From a virus (Duplodnaviria > Caudoviricetes): a stretch of DNA of 34,787 nt. The DNA is taken from positions 1 to 34,787 of the IMG/VR virus record IMGVR_UViG_3300032212_000099. One strand, given 5' to 3'. The position numbers were made by a program, and so were the translations under genes. The notes under the pieces are model-generated. The model did not search any database and was not told where the DNA came from. It saw nothing but the letters and a program-made list of their open reading frames with translations. This document shows, in pieces, positions 1 through 7,038 of this stretch; position 1 is the first letter of the stretch, and each line of letters begins with the position of its first letter.

Positions 1-389
1 TCGCCGCCGTCGACCTGGACCCACTTCGGATCGTCGTGGCCAGACACCGGCACCGACTCACCGAAGTGTCGGTCCCACCACACAGTTCCCAAGATGGCCG
101 CCATAGTGAGCTCGGCCTGCTCGGTCCAGCGCCACATGTGCTGGACCGCCGCCTGCGCGCCGTCTGGGACCTCGTCGATCCCCCACAGCTCGCAGGCGCA
201 GTGCGGGCAAGACGTCGCCCCTTCCACATCGTGGCAGAGCGAGCAGGGGCCATGTGCCCCGGGTTCTTCAGTTGTTTTCGGCGTTTCCGCCTGGCGGCCA
301 CCCGTGGTTTGGGTGGCGCACCCGGGAGGATTCGAACCTCCGGCCCTCTGGTTCGAAGCCAGATGGCCGTCCGTTGGTGCGTGTCTCAT
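1..389 (-). CDS. Partial hypothetical protein with CxxC...CxxC motif, reading through the tRNA fragment and off the window end
   Basis: Hand translation from ATG 389 (AAGGA 7 nt upstream): MRHAPTDGHLASNQRAGGSNPPGCATQ...GPCSLCHDVEGATSCPHCACELWGIDEV..., with no stop to position 1. Confidence 0.5.
   Translation of the reverse strand, partial: MRHAPTDGHLASNQRAGGSNPPGCATQTTGGRQAETPKTTEEPGAHGPCSLCHDVEGATSCPHCACELWGIDEVPDGAQAAVQHMWRWTEQAELTMAAILGTVWWDRHFGESVPVSGHDDPKWVQVDGG
314..365 (-). tRNA. 3' fragment of tRNA-Arg(TCG); probable att core (attP or attR)
   Basis: Reverse complement shows TCTGG-CTTCGAA-CCAGA anticodon arm, GGAGG-TTCGAAT-CCTCC T-arm and CGGGTGCG-CCA end; D-arm and 5' acceptor strand are absent. 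Confidence 0.85.
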
Positions 390-435
390 GCGTCTATCCT
401 TGGTTGGTGCCTGATGTTTGTGGTCAGATGGTTTG
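373..435. repeat. Short direct repeats flanking the att core (candidate integrase arm/accessory sites)
   Basis: GTTGGTGC at 373-380 and 403-410; GATG(G)TTTG twice at about 413-435. Confidence 0.4.
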
Positions 436-503
436 CGTTTGTCGAGAAAAAAAATCATGCTCCCCAACGGTGCGGCGCTCGGTCGTCTATCTCGAGCGCC
501 TTT

Positions 504-549
504 CGGAGCCCCGCCCTTGTCATTGCCGCCTGGGCGGGGCTTCGTTTTT
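504..549 (+). terminator. Rho-independent terminator-like hairpin
   Basis: GCCCCGCCC...GGGCGGGGC stem followed by TTCGTTTTT. Confidence 0.6.
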
Positions 550-767
550 CAGCCGTCCGACTGGTGTAGGTGCACGCGCCACTCCGACCCGTCGCGGGCC
601 CCCCAGGCTTCGAGCGTTTCCACGGTTGCATGCACACGCACGCTATCCTCGGCCAGCTCGAGCAGCGCATCCTCAAGCGCCTCAGTCCACTCGGCGATGT
701 GGACGATCTCCGATCGCAGGCAGGACTGGTCGATGGCGGCTTCGATCTGCTTCGTTGCGGTGCTCAC
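549..767 (-). CDS. Hypothetical early phage protein
   Basis: Protein-like ORF from GTG 767 (STATKQIEAAID...WGARDGSEWRVHL); start uncertain. Confidence 0.65.
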   Translation of the reverse strand: MSTATKQIEAAIDQSCLRSEIVHIAEWTEALEDALLELAEDSVRVHATVETLEAWGARDGSEWRVHLHQSDG

Positions 768-772
768 ACCGC

Positions 773-803
773 GAAAGCCCCGACCGCGGAGCGGTACGGG
801 GCT
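773..803 (-). terminator. Terminator-like hairpin
   Basis: AGCCCCG-TACCGC-TCC-GCGGT-CGGGGCT-TTCG just downstream of the 825-1022 gene. Confidence 0.5.
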
Positions 804-824
804 GGTGGCCAGCTGGCGGCGCAT

Positions 825-1022
825 CTACATGCCGTCTGGTTCGTAGTTGTAGTCGGACTCAAAGTTTCCCGTTTCCAGCTTTCGCTCCTCGGACATCTCC
901 CATTTGATGCACTGGCGCGCCTCGACAACTTCCCACCCTCCGGAGATGAGCTCGCTTGTGCGAGAGTCGAACTCCCGGGCTCGAGCTTTGCAGATTCGAA
1001 GGTGTCGTTCTGTGGCGTCCAC
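825..1022 (-). CDS. Hypothetical early protein (likely leaderless)
   Basis: 65-aa ORF; GTG lies 6 nt after a -10-like box. Confidence 0.7.
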   Translation of the reverse strand: MDATERHLRICKARAREFDSRTSELISGGWEVVEARQCIKWEMSEERKLETGNFESDYNYEPDGM

Positions 1023-1023
1023 A

Positions 1024-1059
1024 ACCTAACTATGGTGTCACGTTGGGGTATACGCAAGG
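1024..1059 (-). promoter_or_regulatory. Sigma70-like promoter, copy 1
   Basis: TTGCGT-17 nt-CATAGT; 33/36 identical to 1608-1643. Confidence 0.7.
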
Positions 1060-1067
1060 GCTATTTG

Positions 1068-1603
1068 CTACGAGCGCGTCGATTCCTTCCTCATGGCGGC
1101 GCACACCTTGAGTTTTCCAGCCGTGCCGGAGTGCTCGAGCATCCACTCTGCCCAGTCGAGAAGGGTGAGGCCTCTCTCTGCGCGCCATGCCTGGGGGTGA
1201 GGCGCCAGTTCGAGGCGAGCGCGAACTTCGTCGCATTGCAAGGCCGCTTCCGCTCCTGAGCCCGCGCGGCTCGCTTAGCCCGCTCCTCGCGCCGTCTCGC
1301 CTTGTCGAAATCCGCAGCGGCCTTGCTCTGTTCGCCAGCAAAGGCCTTCCTGGCACAGCTAGACCCAACTTTGAAGCGCGCACCATCTGCCCCTTCGAAT
1401 CGGTAGACGTCCCAGATGGCGGTGCCACAGTGATCACACGATCCGCCGCACATGTTCGTTGTATACGCATCGCCCCGCGCCTCTCGCGACGCGTTTCGCC
1501 GGACACGATCGCCGGTGCTTTCGGCACCAATGAACCGGTAGGGGCCGGGCGCCAGGTGGTCGAATGGGTGCGTCGTGGCCATAGTGGGTGCTGCGTTGCT
1601 CAT
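1068..1603 (-). CDS. Cys-motif hypothetical protein with a 1-nt frameshift near 1250
   Basis: N-terminal GSCDHCGTAIWDVY...VGSSC; protein-like text continues in the -1 frame (EAALQCDEVRARLELAPHPQAWRAERGLTLLDWAEWML...) to TAG at 1068. Confidence 0.65.
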
Positions 1604-1607
1604 CCTC

Positions 1608-1643
1608 ACCTAACTATGGTGTCACGTTGGAGTGTGCGCAAGG
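1608..1643 (-). promoter_or_regulatory. Sigma70-like promoter, copy 2
   Basis: TTGCGC-17 nt-CATAGT; near-identical to copy 1. Confidence 0.7.
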
Positions 1644-1731
1644 TGGTCGCGTCGATTTTCCGAAAGAATCCCCGAGGCCAGACGCAGCTCGCGGCCTGGA
1701 CCCCACCGGGCCACGGTGCTAGGTAGGAGTA

Positions 1732-1998
1732 GTGCCGTCGAGTCGCAGAGCAGTCCGGGCCAGGTGCACCTCGTGCGAATGGGCCGGCCGCCGCGTCCCA
1801 GAGAGTGTGGCGGATGCTTGCCCGCACTGCGGTGAGCCCACGGAGCGAGCTGGGACCCAGGCCCCGCGTTCGCACGAAGGGCCGCGGCTACGCAAGGTCG
1901 TACGGGTGCTCCCGAGCACTCACGTGCTGCTGAGTGCTGCTGAGTGCGCCGTCATCCTGGACGGGGTGGCTGCGGCTCGTCGCATTGGGGACTCGTAG
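1732..1998 (+). CDS. Zn-ribbon protein, possible DNA-binding regulator
   Basis: RCTSCEWAGRR...ACPHCG followed by KVVRVLPSTH. Confidence 0.6.
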   Translation: MPSSRRAVRARCTSCEWAGRRVPESVADACPHCGEPTERAGTQAPRSHEGPRLRKVVRVLPSTHVLLSAAECAVILDGVAAARRIGDS

Positions 1999-2281
1999 GT
2001 AGCGCCCGCTCCCACGCCGTCATCACGATCGCTCGGACCACGACCGCCAATGGCCCCGCGAGGCGCAGCGTCTCGGCTACTGCCACAGGTAGGCGGATGT
2101 ACACTCCCACGTAGCTTGCTCTCCCTGTGCGTGGACGCCCAGGGCCCCGGCGCGGCAGGATCGACACCGCACCCGCGCACTTTGGGCAGGCTCTGAGAGC
2201 ACGCGAGGGAGTGCGCCGGTAGCCCCGCCAGTCACAGGAGCCGCACCGTACAGGTACGCGGGGTGGGATGGGTTCGGCCAA
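1952..2281 (-). CDS. Zn-ribbon + GRPR + ribbon-helix-helix-like regulator
   Basis: RCGSCDWRGYRR...ACPKCAG...GPGRPRTG...VGVYIRLPVAVAETL; TTG start uncertain. Confidence 0.6.
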   Translation of the reverse strand: MAEPIPPRVPVRCGSCDWRGYRRTPSRALRACPKCAGAVSILPRRGPGRPRTGRASYVGVYIRLPVAVAETLRLAGPLAVVVRAIVMTAWERALPTSPQCDEPQPPRPG

Positions 2282-2286
2282 TGGGC

Positions 2287-2315
2287 TTGACGATATCTAC
2301 AAAATGTAGCAAGTG
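2287..2315 (+). promoter_or_regulatory. AT-rich divergent promoter region with palindromic operator candidate
   Basis: TTGACG -35 box; CTACA-AAA-TGTAG inverted repeat in the spacer; lies between divergent genes. Confidence 0.55.
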
Positions 2316-2322
2316 ATAGGGA

Positions 2323-2579
2323 ATGAGCGACGAATCGTGTCAATCTGTTCTCGACGAGCAACGAATGGGAGCGCAAGCACCTCGTCTCGGCGGCCGAGGG
2401 GCTCTCGAAGGGGGAGCTGGGGGAGCTGATCGTTGCCACGCGAAAGCAGGCGGCCTCATCCAGCATCCGGTCGGGGACCCCGAAGCCGACTCGATATGAG
2501 GAAGCTGCGGGCATTTCTCGACGTGAAGCGCTGGAAGCGACCTCCGATCCCCCTGGAAGAGGACGACGAAGAAGAATGA
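2323..2579 (+). CDS. Hypothetical protein apparently broken by three small indels (or a chain of tiny ORFs)
   Basis: The high-GC3 frame switches near 2333, 2452 and 2493; the reconstruction reads MSDE-NRVNLFSTSNEWERKHLV...GLIQHPVGDPEADS-MRKLRAFLDVKRWKRPPIPLEEDDEEE. Confidence 0.45.
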
Positions 2580-2851
2580 CCCCCGAACTCTACCGAGCCG
2601 ACCCCGCCCCGCCCCGCACACTCGGGCTCGCCCGCATCAACCCACGCGTGCCGGAGGGTGCGCACCGAGCTGCGTGGATCGAGCGGCGCAGGCGCACCCG
2701 CAAAGACCCGGACGAGACGCTGCGCCGGGAGATGCGAGAACTGGCCGACGGCTTGCTTGCGGGGCGAATGTCACGTGCTGCACACAAGGCGATGGACAAG
2801 CTTGAGGCGACGACCCGCGGGTGCACCTACGCCGGGATGACGTACGAATGA
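2576..2851 (+). CDS. Hypothetical protein (may extend to 2886 if one A is missing)
   Basis: ATGA-coupled ORF of 91 aa. Confidence 0.55.
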   Translation: MTPELYRADPAPPRTLGLARINPRVPEGAHRAAWIERRRRTRKDPDETLRREMRELADGLLAGRMSRAAHKAMDKLEATTRGCTYAGMTYE

Positions 2852-2892
2852 AGCTCAAGAAGGCACTGCCGGCTACTGAGAGATAAGCGCCT

Positions 2893-3303
2893 ATGATCTC
2901 CCCCGAGCAAACCCAACGCGCGTACCAACTCGCGCAAGCCCAGGTCGTCGACGACGAGATCGCCGCCACGCTGCGCGCCGAGGCCGTGCTGTCCCGCGTT
3001 GACCTCGACGGCGTCGAGCCGATCCAAGACCCGGGGCCCGAGGAGCTACCGGGCGAGCTCGCGGTCCAGTGCGAGGACATGCGATCCAAGGGGCGGACCG
3101 TCGCAATGGAGATACTGTATCAGCTCGTGAGGGACGGCGACCCGTCGTGTCTGCAGTGGTTCGGGCGGCACTACCTCGGGCACGACGCGAGCAAGTTCGA
3201 CGAGCAGGTCCGAAAGCACATCAAAGAGATGTCTCGGATGTCTACGCCGGAGCTACAGCGCGCGGTGGAGGCATTCAAGCTCAAGCTGGTTGGTGGGACG
3301 TGA
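2893..3303 (+). CDS. terS: Terminase small subunit
   Basis: RSKGR...LYQLVRDGDPSCLQWFGRHYLGH resembles the TerS 'G..S.LIFLGK.YLGQ' pattern; lies upstream of TerL. Confidence 0.65.
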   Translation: MISPEQTQRAYQLAQAQVVDDEIAATLRAEAVLSRVDLDGVEPIQDPGPEELPGELAVQCEDMRSKGRTVAMEILYQLVRDGDPSCLQWFGRHYLGHDASKFDEQVRKHIKEMSRMSTPELQRAVEAFKLKLVGGT

Positions 3304-3536
3304 GCGCAGGAATCAACGAGCCTGAGGAGTCCCTGCTCGGGGCAAGGATCGACGACGAGCTCTCGTTCATCGCGAGCCTCCCACCGGAGCGGCAGCTCAC
3401 GATGCTCAAGTCGCTTGTCACGATGGTCTATCTCGCGCTGGACGATCACGCGGAAGTACCAAGGCACCTGCACCCCTCGGACATCGTTGATAAGTATCTG
3501 CAGCGAGGAAACATCCTCAAGGACGGAGATTGGTGA
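3300..3536 (+). CDS. Hypothetical protein
   Basis: GTGA-coupled ORF, MSAGINEPEESLLG... Confidence 0.65.
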   Translation: MSAGINEPEESLLGARIDDELSFIASLPPERQLTMLKSLVTMVYLALDDHAEVPRHLHPSDIVDKYLQRGNILKDGDW

Positions 3537-3540
3537 GGGA

Positions 3541-3810
3541 ATGAGCGACGAAAGCAAAAGCACAGCATCGAGCGCCGGCACGGGTCTATCCGGCCTAGTG
3601 TTCCTGCTCTTCTTGGGGCTCAAGCTGGCCGGTGTTGCACCGGTGTCGGAATGGTCGTGGTGGTGGGTCACTGCGCCGCTGTGGGGCGTGGCCTGCCTCG
3701 TCATGGCCATCATGCTGATCGCCCTACCGTTCGTCTACATCTCGGCGGTTCGCAAGGACAAGCGAAAGCGTGAGTGGAGGGAGAGTCGGGCTCGCAGGGG
3801 GTTCGGATGA
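3541..3810 (+). CDS. Two-TM phage membrane protein (LKL.G...WSWWWV.APLW family)
   Basis: Characteristic motif, hydrophobic helices and a GAGG SD. Confidence 0.8.
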   Translation: MSDESKSTASSAGTGLSGLVFLLFLGLKLAGVAPVSEWSWWWVTAPLWGVACLVMAIMLIALPFVYISAVRKDKRKREWRESRARRGFG

Positions 3811-4064
3811 GCGACGAAAGCAAGCCAAGCTCCACGATCCAGCGCGGAGTTATGCCCAAGATCAAGAGCCACGAGGACTACGAGGAATGTAGAGACTTCG
3901 TTTGGGAGCTGAGGGAGATTCATCGCCGAACGCCATCGCGCTACGCCGCCCAGGCATTGGAGTCCTTCTCGCAAGCTGTCGGCCGGTGGGAGGATGAACA
4001 GGGGTACGCCAGGCTACATCGTGCGCCTGTCGATCCGTCACACTGCGCGGTGAACCCGTTTTGA
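3807..4064 (+). CDS. Hypothetical protein
   Basis: ATGA-coupled ORF containing KIKSHEDYEE. Confidence 0.65.
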   Translation: MSDESKPSSTIQRGVMPKIKSHEDYEECRDFVWELREIHRRTPSRYAAQALESFSQAVGRWEDEQGYARLHRAPVDPSHCAVNPF

Positions 4065-4076
4065 AGGAGTGACGCG

Positions 4077-4739
4077 ATGAAGTGCACAGCAGTTGGGTGT
4101 GATCACGGGCGCGTGGCGCTGTTCCTGTCAAACGTCCCGTGCGAGGAGTGCAGCGGAACAGGCGAGGTGTCCGACTGGCGGAAGTTCCAAGGTCCGCGGA
4201 GTGAGGCCCCGACATCCAATCTCACCGCAGTGATGAATCTGGACGCGGATCGACGAGCCGAGCGCGTCGCGGACATGGCCAGGGACCGATGCCTGCAGCC
4301 TGAGCCGCCGGCCGCCGGGATAGATCTTGAGCTGCCACCCGAGGCGCCGATGGGCCATATCGTCGACGCAACGCTCTATGCTATTCGCGCACATCGCCAA
4401 AGGCGCAGCACCGACGCCATGCTCGTGCGCATGGGGCTTGATCCTGGGTGGAGGCCCGAGGTCAAAGAAAGCAGTGCTCGCAGGTCGGGAAGGACCACGC
4501 GTGCCATCGCCGAGACGCTCGTGCTGGCAGAACAGCACCCGAATGAGCAGGTCTACTTGGTACACGGTGTGCCGCTCAACAGCAGCCCGGCCCCCGATTA
4601 TCTGTTTTACGAGCTGCAGGAGTACAGTCACAGATGTGAGCTCCGTTCCGACAAGTTGCCCCGGCCGCTGTTCCGGCACCGACGAGGACTGAAGGACCTG
4701 AAACACTTCGCCGTCGACCACACCTACGCCCCTGCCTGA
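4077..4739 (+). CDS. Hypothetical protein with Zn-finger N-terminus and degenerate P-loop-like motifs
   Basis: AAGGAG SD; CEECSGTG; RRSGRTT; FAVDH; TGATG-coupled to terL. Confidence 0.7.
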   Translation: MKCTAVGCDHGRVALFLSNVPCEECSGTGEVSDWRKFQGPRSEAPTSNLTAVMNLDADRRAERVADMARDRCLQPEPPAAGIDLELPPEAPMGHIVDATLYAIRAHRQRRSTDAMLVRMGLDPGWRPEVKESSARRSGRTTRAIAETLVLAEQHPNEQVYLVHGVPLNSSPAPDYLFYELQEYSHRCELRSDKLPRPLFRHRRGLKDLKHFAVDHTYAPA

Positions 4740-6295
4740 TGCGTAACCTCGGGATCATAGCTCGGCGAGCAGCGCTCGCGTTCGCCACGGCCCTTGCGGT
4801 CGTGAGCAGCGACGCCGGTGCCGCAGCCGACGAAAAGGTCCCGATCGAGTCCCTGTGCGTCACCGAGGACGGTAAGCGCCACGAGGGACAGCTGGCATTC
4901 CTCGCCGACGAGAGCCCGATCCGCGTCCTCTTCACGCCGAGGCGCCAGGGCAAGAGCATCGTGCTTGCGCTCAATGAGATCGCCGCAGTCGACGGCAAGC
5001 CGGGCTCCTACGCGCTCTACCTCACCAAGACGCGCGCGAACGCAAAGCTCGTCCACTGGCCCACGCTCAAGAACGTATGCGAGCGGACCGGCCGGAAGTA
5101 CAACGCGAATGAGTCCGACCTCACCCTCACGGTTGAAGGCGGAGGCACTGTCGTCCTTGGCGGGATGGACAAGCTGCGCGACCTGGAGAGCAAGCGCGGT
5201 CTCACCTTCCTCGCAGCGGACATCGACGAGTGCGGTGCTCATGTGTCCGCGGTGTTCGAATACGCGTGGGGCGACATCCTCGAACCAATGACGTTCGACC
5301 ACGGCGGCATCATCAGCTTCGCGGGCACGCCTGGCCCCACGCTGGCGGGCTTGTGGTACAGGCTCACGACGCCGGACATTCACCCGCCCGGCGTCGACGG
5401 CAACCCGCAGATCTCGCTCCACCGCTGGCACGGCGGGATCAACCCGTTCGTCCCCGACTGGGAGGCCAAGCTTGCCGCGCTGCTCAAGCGCCGCGGCTGG
5501 ACCGAGGACAACCCGACGTTCGTCCGCGAGTATCTCGGCCGATGGTGTCGCGATGATGGCGTACTCGTATTTCCGTTCTCGGTCGAGAAGAACTCGGTGC
5601 CCGGGCTGCCGACCAAGACCAAGACCGGCCTCGAGATCGACCCCCGCCGCTGGCGCTTCGCAATCGCGGTGGACCCCGGCTACGTCGACGAGTGTGGCTT
5701 CGCGATCCTAGCGGCCCACCCGCAGCTCGCCCGTGAGTACGTCGTTCGCACCGAGCGCCAGGACAAACTCATCGCCGACCAGGTGGCGAAGCACATCCGG
5801 CGACTCGTCGCGTGGTTGAGCTCGACGTACGGCACGCCGATTGGTGATGGCAAGTACGGCCCCGTCCCGTATCAGCTCGTGATGGACACCGGGGGCCTTG
5901 GCAAGGAATACGCCGAGGTCTGTAAACGCAAGTATGCGCTGCCGGTGGAGGCTGCCGACAAGCGGGACAAGGCCGCGAACGTGCGAATCGTGCGGGACGA
6001 GCTCATCTCCGGACGGCTCAACGTGCTCGAAGGTGAACAGAACGACGCGATCCGGGAGGAGTGGGCCGTGCTCGGTTGGGACAAGCGCAAGGAAGTTCCC
6101 GAGGATGGACAGACCGACCACGCGTCCGATGCCGTGTGCTATGGCCACCGCAAGCTGCGAAGCGAGCGACAGACTGAGGCTGACCCACCGCCGCCCGTCG
6201 GGACCAAGGAGCACTGGGACGCCGAGGAGCGGCGCATCATCGAGCGAATGTTGCGCGAGGGAAAGAACGCCGGGAGACCATCATGGGACAAGTGA
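4739..6295 (+). CDS. terL: Terminase large subunit
   Basis: Walker A PRRQGKS, Walker B AADIDE, motif III AGTP, nuclease motifs IAVDPG and DHASDAVCY. Confidence 0.93.
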   Translation: MRNLGIIARRAALAFATALAVVSSDAGAAADEKVPIESLCVTEDGKRHEGQLAFLADESPIRVLFTPRRQGKSIVLALNEIAAVDGKPGSYALYLTKTRANAKLVHWPTLKNVCERTGRKYNANESDLTLTVEGGGTVVLGGMDKLRDLESKRGLTFLAADIDECGAHVSAVFEYAWGDILEPMTFDHGGIISFAGTPGPTLAGLWYRLTTPDIHPPGVDGNPQISLHRWHGGINPFVPDWEAKLAALLKRRGWTEDNPTFVREYLGRWCRDDGVLVFPFSVEKNSVPGLPTKTKTGLEIDPRRWRFAIAVDPGYVDECGFAILAAHPQLAREYVVRTERQDKLIADQVAKHIRRLVAWLSSTYGTPIGDGKYGPVPYQLVMDTGGLGKEYAEVCKRKYALPVEAADKRDKAANVRIVRDELISGRLNVLEGEQNDAIREEWAVLGWDKRKEVPEDGQTDHASDAVCYGHRKLRSERQTEADPPPPVGTKEHWDAEERRIIERMLREGKNAGRPSWDK

Positions 6296-6301
6296 TCGAC
6301 A

Positions 6302-6526
6302 ATGGCTAGACGGACCAAGAAGCGAACCGACCCAGACATCGCCGCAGAGCCGCCACGCGTCGAAGGGAAGCACGGGCAGATCCGCTACTCGGCCGAGCCC
6401 GGCACGAACCTCGGTGTGTTGCGGCGCATCCTCGGCGACTTCTGGGAGGAGCTCAAGGGCGAGGGTTTGACCCGCGGCGGGCGGCTGATCGTGACTGTCG
6501 AGCTGGAGAGGAAGCCGGGGACGTGA
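6302..6526 (+). CDS. Hypothetical protein
   Basis: 74-aa ORF filling the operon gap. Confidence 0.65.
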   Translation: MARRTKKRTDPDIAAEPPRVEGKHGQIRYSAEPGTNLGVLRRILGDFWEELKGEGLTRGGRLIVTVELERKPGT

Positions 6527-7038
6527 CCGCGCCGAGCATCATCACCCGCCCCGCTACCGCCACCGAGCGCCGACTCGTACAAGCCAGCTGGACGCGCCAG
6601 GCGATTCGCGGAAAACGCTTCGAGGTCCCGACGTTCGGAGGCAGCCGCCAGGCCATGTTCCGCGTCAATCGTCGCGTGTACATGAGCGAGGATGCTCTGT
6701 ATCGAGCTCACCGCCTGCTCGTCGACGACGTGCTCTCGCGCGATGGCGTGTCCGTTGTCGTCGGCGCAATCTCATCGGTCCCGGAAGCCGCACTCGGGTG
6801 GGCGTGCGCAGAACTGGGCCTGATACACTTCATTTTCGTGAAAGGCGAGTGCCGTAGAAACGGCGTTGGCACGGCACTGCTCTCCGCAGCCGTCAAGCTC
6901 GCTGGGCCAAGCTGGCACGCTTCACACCTCACGAGCGAGGGCGGCAACGCCTTGCTCAAGTCGTGGGAGTCGCAACATGGCCAGCCAAGAGCAGTGGTAC
7001 CGCAATCGCAAGACCAAGCCGCACAAACAGATCTTTGA
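6523..7038 (+). CDS. GNAT-family acetyltransferase
   Basis: Acetyl-CoA-binding motif A: HFIFVKGECRRNGVGTALL. Confidence 0.8.
   Translation: MTAPSIITRPATATERRLVQASWTRQAIRGKRFEVPTFGGSRQAMFRVNRRVYMSEDALYRAHRLLVDDVLSRDGVSVVVGAISSVPEAALGWACAELGLIHFIFVKGECRRNGVGTALLSAAVKLAGPSWHASHLTSEGGNALLKSWESQHGQPRAVVPQSQDQAAQTDL

Noticed and set aside
314-390. Complete phage-encoded tRNA gene
   Set aside because: There is no D-arm, and the upstream GCACCAA cannot pair fully with the CGGGTGC acceptor strand; it is a fragment only.
1024-1643. CRISPR mini-array from the 36-bp repeats
   Set aside because: There are only two copies, 584 bp apart, enclosing a gene, and they have promoter geometry.
2323-2886. Chain of ATGA-coupled micro-ORFs (58, 27 and 12 aa) as a peptide signalling system
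   Set aside because: Codon bias favours larger genes broken by indels, and there is no signal peptide or receptor gene nearby.
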